DNA from: a virus
Taxonomy: Duplodnaviria > Caudoviricetes
IMG/VR virus record: IMGVR_UViG_3300036820_000020
Location: 1-59,104 of that record
Length of the DNA: 59,104 bases
Strand: one strand, 5' to 3'
Position 1 is the first letter of the stretch. Every line of letters starts with the position of its first letter. The position numbers were made by a program, and so were the translations under genes. Positions 29,631 to 39,692 of the stretch are shown here, one piece after another. The notes under the pieces are model-generated. The model was given only the letters and a program-made list of their open reading frames with translations, searched no databases and was not told the origin of the DNA.

Positions 29631-30395
29631 TTATTGAACCTCCTCAAGATAGCTGACCGTCTGGCTGCCGGTAGACGTGATACCATAGACCGCCGCGCTC
29701 GACCGGATACGCATCGGATAGCCCGCGATACCGACAAGCATCTGACCGGTGGTGGCGGTGACACCGGAGCCGCCGAGAAAAATATTGGTTGTGCCATTGT
29801 TGACAACAACCACGGATATCCGGCTACTGTTGGACGCAATGATTTCCGTGGCTGACGATCCGACGCTTACCTGACCTGTGTTAAAAGTGCTGGCGGTTCC
29901 TTGTACAATTCTCTGGCTGTCGGCAATATTACCAGCGCCAATTGTAACGCTGTTGCCCGCGATCTCAGTGAGATTGACGGGCTGTGTTGTAGTGCCTACA
30001 GGATCGGTACGGACAGGATTGCTGAGAGTGCCGATCTCCGTTCCGCTGTTGTTACGCAGGTTGACATGAACGGCGCGATTCGGAGTGACTCTCTCAGTCC
30101 CTTGCTGGCCGGAGGAGAGAGCGGTAGCGGAGTCGTTATAGACACCGCCGCCGGGGACGAACTGGGAGACACCGGCAGTCCAAGAGGCTTCGTCGGTAAC
30201 GGATAGGCCGCCGCCGCCGCTGCCGGCTTTCACATTGACACAGAGATTGCGCGCGTCATCGAGCGCGACAACGGCCAGGACGCCGCTGGCGGGAGTATCG
30301 GACGGCGCGACCACGCCGGACATGGGTACGCCGGGAGACTGGCCGACGACAAACGGATTCTCGTCTTTTAAAGACGTGCCGCCGGAGATACTCAT
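29631..30395 (-). CDS. Virion structural protein
   Basis: S/T/G-rich; C-terminal R.SVVVVNNGTTNIFLGGSGVT beta-domain. Confidence 0.6.
   Translation of the reverse strand: MSISGGTSLKDENPFVVGQSPGVPMSGVVAPSDTPASGVLAVVALDDARNLCVNVKAGSGGGGLSVTDEASWTAGVSQFVPGGGVYNDSATALSSGQQGTERVTPNRAVHVNLRNNSGTEIGTLSNPVRTDPVGTTTQPVNLTEIAGNSVTIGAGNIADSQRIVQGTASTFNTGQVSVGSSATEIIASNSSRISVVVVNNGTTNIFLGGSGVTATTGQMLVGIAGYPMRIRSSAAVYGITSTGSQTVSYLEEVQ
29988..30000. promoter_or_regulatory. Palindromic site 4 TGTAG-TGC-CTACA
   Basis: Inside a virion gene. Confidence 0.6.
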
Positions 30396-30431
30396 AGACT
30401 ACTGATTCTATCTACTGATTATAATCTACTG

Positions 30432-30623
30432 CTATCGGCTTTTTTGACGGCGATGCTTGGCCGCTATCCTCTTCATGTTCTGAGCGAATATCGCTCTCTT
30501 TTTAGCCTTGCCGCCGCGCTTCTTAGCTGCCGCGATTTTCTTTGAAGTGGCCTTGCCAAACTTGCCGACGGTCCCTTTGCGCTCCATTTCGGACTCGGCG
30601 CCTTGAATCCATTGATCAGCCAT
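30432..30623 (-). CDS. Small basic protein (MADQWIQGA...KRAIFAQNMK)
   Basis: ATG 30623 with AAGG RBS; a Lys/Arg-rich type often seen next to capsid genes. Confidence 0.7.
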   Translation of the reverse strand: MADQWIQGAESEMERKGTVGKFGKATSKKIAAAKKRGGKAKKRAIFAQNMKRIAAKHRRQKSR

Positions 30624-30652
30624 GCTCTGACCTTCGTTAGTTATGACCTTCG

Positions 30653-31021
30653 TCAGTACGGTCCGAAGCCAACAAGTCTTACAGTTTGAGCGGACAAATT
30701 GACAGCTCCGGCCACTTCGGCGCCGGTATGAATAACATACCAAAGCAGTATCCACGTAGGATTATTAGTGCCCTGGTTGTAAGCGGTAGCCTGCATCGCT
30801 ACTACTCCATACTGTCCGTTCGTAGACGCGCCTACCATGAAGATACCTTCAAGGCCCGCGGTGAGACCAAAGTTAGACGGGTTGATCGCCTGTCCCCCTG
30901 TCGGAGGAGTGCCTGTCGTCACTTGTGTGTACGAAGCCGAACCGGCAAAGTCGATGATCGCGTAAGGCCGATCTCCCCACGCGCCGTTACGCGGAGAATC
31001 GGGGAATGGAGTGACCGCCAT
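30653..31021 (-). CDS. Virion structural protein
   Basis: GGAGG RBS; follows the head-decoration candidate. Confidence 0.65.
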   Translation of the reverse strand: MAVTPFPDSPRNGAWGDRPYAIIDFAGSASYTQVTTGTPPTGGQAINPSNFGLTAGLEGIFMVGASTNGQYGVVAMQATAYNQGTNNPTWILLWYVIHTGAEVAGAVNLSAQTVRLVGFGPY

Positions 31022-31036
31022 AAGACTATTCGCCTC

Positions 31037-31714
31037 CTATTGACCGCCTGCCGCTTGGCCTGGATAATAACGCGGCTGGATAAAGACCGGCGAGATCGCG
31101 TTGGCCACCGGCGCGGTCCAGGCGGTACCCAATACCTGTCTAAACTCAGCAGATGTCGGAGAGAGCGACTGTTCCGGATCGTAAGCGTAGATCGTCGAGC
31201 TGTTGTAGTCAGCGAATATCAGGTCGCCCACGGACGGCGTAGCCGAGTATTGAGTGCCGCCGAACTTTACTTGTGCAATCCCGGCAGTCTGAATGAACCA
31301 CCAGTTGCCTTTGGCCGTATTCGTAAGCGCGATACCGGCAGGGACGTACTGGACATTATAATCAGCGGAGACTCTGCACTTGTCGCTTAGGAGATTGCCA
31401 GCCGTCTGCTCGGACCAGAAGACTACTTGTCCTTGTACAGCAGCCGCGGCGATCATGTTAGGGTCAAAGTGTACGTACTGGTAATCTCCGGCGTACAACT
31501 GCTGGCCATTCACCGGGTCAGTATAGTAGTTGGCGTCATCCATCGAGAGAGTTATGATGGTCCCGTACTGGCCACTGTAGGGCTGTACGATAGAGCCTGA
31601 TACTTGTGACGTGGATACGACCGCGCCAGGCGTAGGGTCGCCAGCGTAACTGGCTGTGTTGAGATACCGCTGAGTGATCTGGAGACCCTGGTTAGACCCG
31701 CGAATAGCTGCCAT
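31037..31714 (-). CDS. Putative head decoration/cement protein
   Basis: Directly after the MCP; AGGAGG RBS; GIAL......WWFIQTAG motif. Confidence 0.6.
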   Translation of the reverse strand: MAAIRGSNQGLQITQRYLNTASYAGDPTPGAVVSTSQVSGSIVQPYSGQYGTIITLSMDDANYYTDPVNGQQLYAGDYQYVHFDPNMIAAAAVQGQVVFWSEQTAGNLLSDKCRVSADYNVQYVPAGIALTNTAKGNWWFIQTAGIAQVKFGGTQYSATPSVGDLIFADYNSSTIYAYDPEQSLSPTSAEFRQVLGTAWTAPVANAISPVFIQPRYYPGQAAGGQ

Positions 31715-31743
31715 AAAAGTTCCTCCTTATCCTTTCTCAGTGG

Positions 31744-32973
31744 TTAGCTGGTCGCTCCGAACAGTTGAACGCCAGTCCAGGGAGCTACGTTCTCAGCGTT
31801 GACTGCCGCTTTCAACTGAGAGGCTACTCGGGTGTTGTCTGGAGCGCGGATGAAGTCAGTCGGCATAAAGCCAAACTCGCTCGACGCCGAGAGCCTGAAA
31901 GCAATACGGGTCAAGTTGAACATGCATCCGACTTCGCCGACGGTGATAAGCGTGCTGGTCGGGAAGTTCGAAAGCGTCGTGCCGGCGGTGGTGAATGTGC
32001 CAGTCAGGTTGCTGCCGCCTGGATTAGTTGTCTTGCCGTAGGCCGCAAAGCTCGATGGGAAGTAGTCGTCGATCATTACAATTAGATTCTTGAACCGGAA
32101 CCCCATCGCTCCAAAGAACGGGTCTCTGATCGAAGCGCCTTCCTGCCCGAACCGCTGCTGCTGCTGGATGCGGTTTTCAACGAAGTTGTTGAGCGGCTTG
32201 TTCATCGTGAACAGGTCAGGCTCATCCTGGCCGCGTTTGGCGGTAATATAGGCCGCGTTGATCGCCGCGTACTGGATCGTGCCAGCCGCGCCTGACATTT
32301 GCCCGAGCCAATAGACATTCCCATTCAACGCGGCTCCGATAGCGCCGTTACGCTGAGCGGTCCCGTAGGTCGTGTAGGCGTTGCCGTCGTATGACTTGTC
32401 CACACCGTTGTTGAGGAATTCAACCCAGCCGTTCATGTTGATCGTGCGGGGGGCGATCTGGCCATTCTGCTGAAGGTCCAATGCCATGATAGTGGACATG
32501 GTTAGATAGGCGTTCGCCATATCCGTTTCGAGCAGAGAGAAGACAGCCAGGTCACCCGTGTTCAAGACAGAAATGTCTTCCAAGTATTCGACGATCATCA
32601 CGACGTAATAACGCGGGTCGAAGACGTTTGAGGAGATCGTCAGCGGCTTGGTGAGATTGAAGCCGCCGATTCCCTTGGCGTACGCGCCGCCGATCAGGGG
32701 AGCATACAGTTGGAGGTTGCGCATGAACGCGCCGCCTTCAAAGGGGACGAGACATTTAGACCTGAGATGCGCCTGGAACACGGACGATAGAAAAAATTCG
32801 TCTTCTATCGCGTCCTGATTCACTTCTGGAAGTGTAGTCTCGTTTATCGGATCGAGCAGTGGATCCGCGGCGCCCGCGATCACATGGCTTTTCGACCACT
32901 CGGCCAGTCGCGCCGACCGTTGCTCGCGTGGGAGTGACCAGAACCGCTCGCGCGTTATATAATTGCTTTTCAT
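31744..32973 (-). CDS. Major capsid protein (HK97 fold)
   Basis: 409 aa; follows the scaffold gene; EPDLF..N and GFRFKN..VMIDDY.P motifs. Confidence 0.75.
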   Translation of the reverse strand: MKSNYITRERFWSLPREQRSARLAEWSKSHVIAGAADPLLDPINETTLPEVNQDAIEDEFFLSSVFQAHLRSKCLVPFEGGAFMRNLQLYAPLIGGAYAKGIGGFNLTKPLTISSNVFDPRYYVVMIVEYLEDISVLNTGDLAVFSLLETDMANAYLTMSTIMALDLQQNGQIAPRTINMNGWVEFLNNGVDKSYDGNAYTTYGTAQRNGAIGAALNGNVYWLGQMSGAAGTIQYAAINAAYITAKRGQDEPDLFTMNKPLNNFVENRIQQQQRFGQEGASIRDPFFGAMGFRFKNLIVMIDDYFPSSFAAYGKTTNPGGSNLTGTFTTAGTTLSNFPTSTLITVGEVGCMFNLTRIAFRLSASSEFGFMPTDFIRAPDNTRVASQLKAAVNAENVAPWTGVQLFGATS

Positions 32974-34005
32974 TTACGCCACCTTACCGGTCTGCTTTGC
33001 TAAGTATTTAGCCGCCGCACGCTGCGCGCCGGACGGTCCGCGGTCACCCGCCTGCCGGACGTGTTGGCCCGGCTCAACTTTCAACGTCGGCAAACCGTCG
33101 CTTCGAGAAACAGCCGGTTTATCCGGGTCCGTTTCAAAGGTTTTGAACCGGGTCTTGAATGCAGCCGATATGCCAGGTCCGTTGCCCAAATCACGCTGCG
33201 CGGGCGTGACGACTTCGAGCGCCTGCTTCGAACGCCGGTCGGCTTCCGCCGCTTCCCGTTCCTTTTCCCATGACGACTTCAGGTTTTCGTCGCGCTTCTT
33301 CATACGAAGACCGTCGTCACCACTAATCTGATACTTGTCTTCCCACGCGTGCCGTAGCGACTGGTTGCCTTCCCTGGCGATCTTCAGGATTTCCTGCTGC
33401 TCGGAAAGATTCATCCGCTTGCCGGTGAGTTCTTCGTGCTCGCGGTTGATATCGTTCCAGATCAAGGGAAGATTCGCCATGGCGCCGAGTTCCGGCTTCA
33501 TCGAATCGACGAACTTCTTCTCCATCTCTTTCATCAGTTCCGATTTGAACTGCGCGAAACGGTCGGCGATTGGATCGGTGGTATCAACAGGCTTGCCGGA
33601 CTTGGCTGTGTCGATCAGATCGGACATGCCAGGGATATCCTCGTCTGTGAGCGCGTATTTTTCCTGGAGGAATTTGAATAGTTCCTTGGCTTTGCCGACA
33701 GTCATCCGGTGGCCCGCGACTTCCCCGAGGATCTTGTTTTTCTCGGTTTCGGCGGCTACTAAAGCCCTCCGGGAATCCTCTAATTGACGAGTTAAATCAG
33801 TGGACTGGCCGGTGACCTTCTTGCGTTCCTCCGCAAGCTCCTGGGATTTTCTGGTGTAGTCGGCGGTGCGGGTAAAGCCGCCGACGAACTTGACCGCGAG
33901 CGCGTCGTTTTTGGTGTAGCGATCGCGCAGGAAGTCTGTCATTTCCTTATCGTCGCCAGCGGCTTCACCGATACAGGATTCCAAAAGCTGTTTGTCTACC
34001 GGCAT
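32974..34005 (-). CDS. Capsid scaffolding protein
   Basis: ADYTRKSQELAEERK motif; coiled coil; upstream of the MCP. Confidence 0.75.
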   Translation of the reverse strand: MPVDKQLLESCIGEAAGDDKEMTDFLRDRYTKNDALAVKFVGGFTRTADYTRKSQELAEERKKVTGQSTDLTRQLEDSRRALVAAETEKNKILGEVAGHRMTVGKAKELFKFLQEKYALTDEDIPGMSDLIDTAKSGKPVDTTDPIADRFAQFKSELMKEMEKKFVDSMKPELGAMANLPLIWNDINREHEELTGKRMNLSEQQEILKIAREGNQSLRHAWEDKYQISGDDGLRMKKRDENLKSSWEKEREAAEADRRSKQALEVVTPAQRDLGNGPGISAAFKTRFKTFETDPDKPAVSRSDGLPTLKVEPGQHVRQAGDRGPSGAQRAAAKYLAKQTGKVA

Positions 34006-34132
34006 CCAATCAACCTTTCCAAATCCAAATTCTCATCTCCAGATCTGGCTTGTACTTGTCCCGTCGCTTATCCAATCCATTTCTCTTCCCATACTCTGCT
34101 CATGCGCTGCTCATGCTCTTCTCACGCTCTTC

Positions 34133-34495
34133 TCATGCAAAGGTATTGGGCTTCGGGGGCTCCGCCATCCCTGGCGATGACACAATCTGCCTCTGTGCGG
34201 CGCGTAGAGATTCCGACGCGGTCCGAAGCGCTTTAGTAGCAGTCGGATAAGACTGAGCCATTTCAAGCATCTGCGCTTCCATAGTCCGCAATGACTGAAT
34301 ATCTTGATTCAACTTCGAATTCTGAGATTTACCAGAATCACCTTCACCGGACCCCATAGAACCGTTAGAACCGTTTGCGGGAGGTTTTCCCTGGTCCTCG
34401 TCGCCGCCTGTGGCGGGAGGAGGTGGGTTCATACCGGCCAGGGTCGTAGGCGATGCGTTCGCGGGTGAATTGAGTTCAGCCACTTCGAAATCCAA
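34133..34495 (-). CDS. Hypothetical Pro/Ser/Gly-rich protein (true start possibly a GTG 12 nt downstream)
   Basis: Lies between portal and scaffold; helical C-terminus. Confidence 0.6.
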   Translation of the reverse strand: MDFEVAELNSPANASPTTLAGMNPPPPATGGDEDQGKPPANGSNGSMGSGEGDSGKSQNSKLNQDIQSLRTMEAQMLEMAQSYPTATKALRTASESLRAAQRQIVSSPGMAEPPKPNTFA

Positions 34496-34560
34496 AACGA
34501 ACCGTTATACAAAGGGTTAATAACTACGGTTAACCGTGGTTAAATACGGTTAACAGTTTA

Positions 34561-34611
34561 GGATGGGACCGGCCAGGAAAGCTCGGAGGAACATTCCGGA
34601 TCGGCCCCATC
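34561..34611 (-). other. Stem-loop downstream of the micro-ORF
   Basis: GGATGGGGCCG...CGGTCCCATCC forms an 11-bp stem with one G-U pair. Confidence 0.55.
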
Positions 34612-34667
34612 CGTATGGCGATAGGGGATGGATACCTACCGCATTGCCACATTGCCGCATTATCGCA

Positions 34668-34745
34668 TTACCGCATCTTGTGACGACCGCGATGACGACC
34701 GCGCCGCCCGCGATTGGCATGCTCCTGTACAAATAGAGAGTTCAT
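34668..34745 (-). CDS. 25-aa Arg/His-rich peptide MNSLFVQEHANRGRRGRHRGRHKMR
   Basis: Strong RBS GGGGAAAGGAG about 9 nt upstream; below the ORF-track length cutoff. Confidence 0.7.
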   Translation of the reverse strand: MNSLFVQEHANRGRRGRHRGRHKMR

Positions 34746-34890
34746 CGTGTTGTTCTCCTTTCCCCGACAGCGGTTCATGACAGTTCATGGTTTTAAGCTA
34801 TCGGTACTTCGCCTTCCTCGACAGATAGATTAGATTTCTGTCGGTACTTGAGAACGTCCAGACGGTTAAAAACACTCCAGAAACGCCATA

Positions 34891-34949
34891 GAAAAGCAAA
34901 AGGCCGGTCATGGACCAGGAATGGCTAACCTGATCTCACAACCGGCCTT
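34891..34949 (-). terminator. Long hairpin with U-tract in the capsid-operon leader (attenuator or sRNA 3' end)
   Basis: AAGGCCGGT...ACCGGCCTT followed by TTGCTTTT; inner ATCAGG/CCTGGT pairing. Confidence 0.65.
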
Positions 34950-35040
34950 CAGCTATACAACCGAGAGGAGGAGCAACCAAATCCAAACGGTATGGCTTCC
35001 GGGAGCGCCCGTCGCCGCCGAGGAACGCCCTTCAAACAAG

Positions 35041-35070
35041 ACTATAAGGGGAATAGATAGATAATGTCAA
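35041..35070 (-). promoter_or_regulatory. Sigma70-type promoter for scaffold/capsid genes
   Basis: TTGACA-N18-TATAGT on the minus strand. Confidence 0.7.
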
Positions 35071-35115
35071 GTTGTAGTATCGCGTATCGGGGTTTGAAGC
35101 TAGCGTTTTTATTTG

Positions 35116-35128
35116 TGTAGCGGCTACA
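35116..35128. promoter_or_regulatory. Palindromic site 5 TGTAG-CGG-CTACA
   Basis: About 45 bp upstream of the capsid-operon -35 box. Confidence 0.75.
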
Positions 35129-35465
35129 CGTTTTCTGACGGTTTGGTTCCACCAGTCACAGTCCACTTCAAATCCATTGCTCTTCCCTTGTGGAAATTGA
35201 CCTGTAGATTGCCTGTATATCCTAGACGGTGAATAGTTTCAAGAGCTTCCGACATGGAAGAGACAGGGAGACGGACTTCGGATACTACCTTGGATGACGG
35301 GACCGCGCCTGTCAGACCAGAGAGAGAGGAACCGTTGAATTTTCCACTGCTACCGGCGTTACCGCCGTTTTCCCCTGGATAGGACACGCTTTCCCTTTCC
35401 TTCCTTGTGACGCTCGGACAGCATGATCGCGATAGCCTGCCTGCGATTTTTGACTTTCGGGCCAC
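35124..35465 (-). CDS. Small hypothetical protein (start uncertain)
   Basis: C-terminal LGYTGNLQVNFHKG motif; follows the portal gene. Confidence 0.5.
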   Translation of the reverse strand: MARKSKIAGRLSRSCCPSVTRKERESVSYPGENGGNAGSSGKFNGSSLSGLTGAVPSSKVVSEVRLPVSSMSEALETIHRLGYTGNLQVNFHKGRAMDLKWTVTGGTKPSENV

Positions 35466-35613
35466 GCTTCGAGCCGCTGTGAAGCCGTCCGGATTTCCAT
35501 TCGTGCATCACTTCTGAAGAAGGCATTTCTAAATCCTAATCCTAATCCCAATCCTAATCCCAATCCTGACCTGACCTAACCTGATCTGATAACTAATTAT
35601 TCAATGCGCTTTG

Positions 35614-37812
35614 CTAATGCGCCGAAGTTCGTACTGTCGATGCCGCCCCGCCCTGCTTCACTTCGAGGGACGGCGGCTGCTGGAGCGTCTGCGGACGGCC
35701 TCTTCCCTGCTTGCCTTTGCCGCCTCCGCCGCCAGTAGCCTGAGCGATCCTGGCCATGATCTCCAACTGGACAATGTATCGCTCCATTTCATTCCTGGCT
35801 TCTCTCAATACTCCCGTCTCCGGATCTTTGAACATACACGGACCGAAGTTTTTGATATCGAAAATCTGTTCCGCTTGCGTCCACCAGGACAGAGGAAATC
35901 CGAGTTTGATTGCCTGTAACATCATCAGTTTGCGAGTTTGTGAGTTGAATTCGTGTAAAGAATAAGGCGTGATCGAAAAGCTGAAATTAGACTTGTGCCA
36001 GCGCGCCCGTTCAAACTGTCTGACCGATAGCGTGGGCCAGCGGACTTGTGTTTTGGGATTGTGCAGCCAGGTGCCGTCCGGACCTTCCGTCATCTCGACG
36101 TATTTACCCTTGTCCTTTGGATCTTCGGTTAATGGAATCAGCGTTCCAGGGTCATAATCAAAATCTTCGTCTGTCACGCCATCCGGACCAAGTACCTGAA
36201 ATCTCCGTTTGGCTGTGGAGAATTGGAACCAGTCGGACTTCCACATCTCGCCAAGCATCCGGACCGCTTCTTCCATATTGCGAGACTGGTCTTTTACTAA
36301 CGGACCCATCGCTTCCAGGAGCTTTTCAGTCGAGTCGCCAGATGGTAGTTGGCGGGCTCTCGCCATTGCCGACACGTCCGCCACGCCCATCTGGTCTTTG
36401 AGAATTGCAGGGAGAATCCTGGCCGCCGCTTCGATCACTGCCGGGTTCGCCTGATACCATTGATACGGCAGCATCGGAATAAACTGTTTATCCGCCTGAT
36501 TCAAAGACAGATCCAATCCGACTCGAAGACCGGGCAGACGAGGATTAGTGGTCTGAAGCATCGACGTGGCGGTAGAACCACGGTCGTAGAAAGCGGACGG
36601 ATTGAGAGAGAGGTTCATCTGGTCTCCCAATCCACGCCACAGTTCTATACAGAGTTTTTCGATGGATTGTCCGTAGCGGGTGACCGGGAATCCAAGCCAG
36701 TTCCATGCCCAGTCGTCAGCCCGTAATTGGACTGCCGGTACCCGGCCATCCCAGCGATAAGATCCCTGGTGTTCAGGAGCCGGGTTGATAATGCAGTGAT
36801 CCGTCGCGATGATGAGACGGCGATTCGGATAGATAAGACAATCTTCCCTTTTGGCCTTTTTAGTCTCGATTCTGCCACCTGCCAGTTTATTGCCGGTATG
36901 AATCTCCTGGCCTACGAAAGGCACTTCGTAAGACCAGGAAGTCCCCCAGATCCCGTCAGGTCCACATATTTGAAGCGGGTGATCGGTTTCATTTACCGAG
37001 TCGTCGTCGATATATTCGTAGTAGACGTCTACCGTGTCCCAGGTACTCGCTTCCTCGGGGCGCCGCGTGCCTTGTGAGAACCGCTTGAGAACGGCGGAAG
37101 CGAATTTGACCGCCTGGGCAATTACCATTCCCTTGCCCATCGTGGTCACTCGATTGGCCTTGATGTTATCTCTTTGTAAAGGGAACATCCGCCAGACCTG
37201 ATGGACCGGCATCTTCTTACGAAGCGCGACCGAATAAGCCCCTTGAATACTGAGGTTCGGAGGGAGACCTAGGGGAAGAACGTCGAGGGGTCCGTAGGCG
37301 TCCCAGACGATATCGCCGTCGCCGTGGTCGTAGTAATTCGGATCATAGCGCGGTCCAACGTACGCCGTTCCTCCTACGCATGCCCATTGCCAGGCTTTGC
37401 GGAGAGCGCGGTCGGCGAAAGTGGAATTCTGCCAGGCGATAAAGCCTTTGTTTAGAATGTCGTTTTGTTCGCGGTAGGCTTCGGACTCTGATTTAAAAGA
37501 TGGGACAATGCGAAGATTGGTTTGCGCGGCGACGATCTCTTTGGTATTGCGGGCGGTGGACTCGGTTTTGACATTCGAAAGAGACTGGACATCGGTCACC
37601 AGGAATTCTCCGTTGATAATGTCCATGCCGTCGGCGATGTATTTGTAAGCGGGCTGGAGACGGAGGTAGGAAGCGGAATCGGCTAAGAACTGCTGAGACC
37701 AGGCGAACAGTTCGTTTGGAGAGCAGGCTTCCCATTCGCCGCGGCCGTTCTTTTCGAATGGTTTAGGACAGAGGTACGCCTGGTCTATCGGGTTGTGTCC
37801 GGGGTACCGCAT
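35614..37812 (-). CDS. Portal protein
   Basis: 732 aa; upstream of scaffold and capsid; GTAY, W..LG.P and SG..TEKL patterns of P22-like portals. Confidence 0.75.
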   Translation of the reverse strand: MRYPGHNPIDQAYLCPKPFEKNGRGEWEACSPNELFAWSQQFLADSASYLRLQPAYKYIADGMDIINGEFLVTDVQSLSNVKTESTARNTKEIVAAQTNLRIVPSFKSESEAYREQNDILNKGFIAWQNSTFADRALRKAWQWACVGGTAYVGPRYDPNYYDHGDGDIVWDAYGPLDVLPLGLPPNLSIQGAYSVALRKKMPVHQVWRMFPLQRDNIKANRVTTMGKGMVIAQAVKFASAVLKRFSQGTRRPEEASTWDTVDVYYEYIDDDSVNETDHPLQICGPDGIWGTSWSYEVPFVGQEIHTGNKLAGGRIETKKAKREDCLIYPNRRLIIATDHCIINPAPEHQGSYRWDGRVPAVQLRADDWAWNWLGFPVTRYGQSIEKLCIELWRGLGDQMNLSLNPSAFYDRGSTATSMLQTTNPRLPGLRVGLDLSLNQADKQFIPMLPYQWYQANPAVIEAAARILPAILKDQMGVADVSAMARARQLPSGDSTEKLLEAMGPLVKDQSRNMEEAVRMLGEMWKSDWFQFSTAKRRFQVLGPDGVTDEDFDYDPGTLIPLTEDPKDKGKYVEMTEGPDGTWLHNPKTQVRWPTLSVRQFERARWHKSNFSFSITPYSLHEFNSQTRKLMMLQAIKLGFPLSWWTQAEQIFDIKNFGPCMFKDPETGVLREARNEMERYIVQLEIMARIAQATGGGGGKGKQGRGRPQTLQQPPSLEVKQGGAASTVRTSAH

Positions 37813-37894
37813 CGCATTAGAATTAGCTACAGTCTAATCTAGTCTAGTCTAGTCTATAGTCTAGTCCAGGCTATAGTCTAGTCTATAGTCTAGT

Positions 37895-38278
37895 CTAGTT
37901 CTGCACCAGCATGAAAGACACCATGACTGCCGCGGTATGAGCGATCCAGGCCGGCGCGGTAATGCCGGCATCGAATCTGAATAGCGCTGTCTCGCCTGGG
38001 TTGAGACGAAGAAAAGCCGTGCCGCTCGCCGCCGTCAATACCTGCATGTAATTCGTTGTGTCCAGGTTGGTGAGCTGGCAGTAGCCATTCGTGGACACAC
38101 TGCCTAAAGGAATCGCCACGCCACCCGATGTCGTAGGGACCAGGAAAATACCGAAAGAATTCTGAGAATTGGTCGTGGAGACGGTGAGGGGCGAGGTAGA
38201 GCCTGATACCTGATTGACACTGGGAATCGTCGTGTCCGTCAGGGTCATATTGGCGTTGATGCGAAGAGATCCGGACAT
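37895..38278 (-). CDS. Hypothetical structural protein
   Basis: NLDTTNY...LRLNPGE beta-rich motif. Confidence 0.65.
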   Translation of the reverse strand: MSGSLRINANMTLTDTTIPSVNQVSGSTSPLTVSTTNSQNSFGIFLVPTTSGGVAIPLGSVSTNGYCQLTNLDTTNYMQVLTAASGTAFLRLNPGETALFRFDAGITAPAWIAHTAAVMVSFMLVQN

Positions 38279-38502
38279 AGATAAAGCTTACGCTATATCC
38301 CCCGTTACCGGAAGAACTCTGTCAATACCAGGATAAAAATCCCCATCCATCCCGCCCGGTCATCCCGCAATACCACCGCCAAAAGAAAGCAGACAAGAGA
38401 AAGAATCAATAGAATAATCTTTGCGCTCATGACACGATCCTTTGCACAATCCTTACACAGTCCTTTGCACGATCCTTTGCACGATCCTTTTCAGTGTGAA
38501 AT

Positions 38503-39429
38503 TCATTTCGCCCGTCTCGCTTTCCAGCCGGTATCTTCCGCGCACCAGTCCTGTACTTTACCTTGATCAAACTCGATCAGTTGCGCGTGGAAATGCGCGT
38601 CCAGGGCCTTTCCATATCTGACTTCTGTCTTGCGGTCGCTCCTGGCTCTGACCATGCGAGCCAAAGACAACAGGAGCGGATTGTGTCTGATCTTCGCGTT
38701 CACATCATCCCGCATCGCCTTCCGCCGCGACTCCCAGTAGAACCTGTGCATTTCCCGGTGGTCTTTCATCTTGCCGGTTTCATAGATGTTCACGTCTTTG
38801 ACGAAACGGTTATAGTCGTGGATATTGGTGAGTTCAATACGCTTCATACCGGGTTCCGTGGATTCGTTGTTACGTCCTGGTATGTAGTAGCGGTTCAGAC
38901 CACGCGGAAGAGATTCGTAGTTGGCGCGCTCGTAGACGACTAAGGGTTCAAAGCGGCGGGCGTTTAAAGCTACACCTTCGCCTGGATAAGTGACCCGGCG
39001 GATAGCGGCGGCGGTACAGTGAAAGAGCGATCCATCCTCTTTCTCTCTGAGAATGCCACAGATCTTGGCGAGAGGGAGAGCGCGTGGATTCTGCCTATAC
39101 GCTTCGTGTTCACCGCCGCATTCGACGCAATGGTAGACCGCGGTCCGCTGAAAAGTAGAGGAATGGGTAGCCGGGTCCATTGCCCAGTCCGGAAGTAAAG
39201 ATGGGAGAAGAGAAGAGGACTGCGGGATGCCTTCGTCATCGACAACGATAATTTCCAACAAAGGCAGCAGTGGTTCTGTGACTCGCGCCTTTACGAACTG
39301 TTCCTGTTGCGCCTGTTGCCCTTGCTGCGCCTGTTGCCCTTGCTGCGCCTGTTGCCCTTGCTGCTCCTGTTGCCCTTGCTGTTCCTGCTGCCCTTGCTGT
39401 TCCTGCCGCTTCTCCAGTTCCGGGGTCAA
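38503..39429 (-). CDS. Zn-ribbon (CxxC) protein with N-terminal QQGQQ(E/A) repeats
   Basis: YHCVECG motif; six 18-bp in-frame repeats at about 39305-39405. Confidence 0.65.
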   Translation of the reverse strand: MTPELEKRQEQQGQQEQQGQQEQQGQQAQQGQQAQQGQQAQQEQFVKARVTEPLLPLLEIIVVDDEGIPQSSSLLPSLLPDWAMDPATHSSTFQRTAVYHCVECGGEHEAYRQNPRALPLAKICGILREKEDGSLFHCTAAAIRRVTYPGEGVALNARRFEPLVVYERANYESLPRGLNRYYIPGRNNESTEPGMKRIELTNIHDYNRFVKDVNIYETGKMKDHREMHRFYWESRRKAMRDDVNAKIRHNPLLLSLARMVRARSDRKTEVRYGKALDAHFHAQLIEFDQGKVQDWCAEDTGWKARRAK

Positions 39430-39689
39430 TTCTTCCTCCGCGATTTCCGTCCGCTCTTGGTCATGCCATCCGCCAGCTTTCTTTCACTGTACTGGCCATT
39501 TATCTTAGCGTGAAAGTATCCGCCTGGGGAACCAGACTGGAAAAGCGAATCAGCCACCGTCGGAGGGATACCACGGTAAGAGTACATCGCGCCATTGACG
39601 AACTGGAGTGTCAGGGTTTGCGTGGCCGGGTCGTAATCGCCTCCGTTCAGATGATGAGATTGAAGCGCTCTCCAAGCCATTTCATTCAC
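39426..39689 (-). CDS. KTSC-domain protein
   Basis: SHHL...YD.....L.LQF.NG..Y.Y.GIP......L....SPGGYFH..I.GQY pattern. Confidence 0.85.
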   Translation of the reverse strand: MNEMAWRALQSHHLNGGDYDPATQTLTLQFVNGAMYSYRGIPPTVADSLFQSGSPGGYFHAKINGQYSERKLADGMTKSGRKSRRKN

Positions 39690-39692
39690 CTT

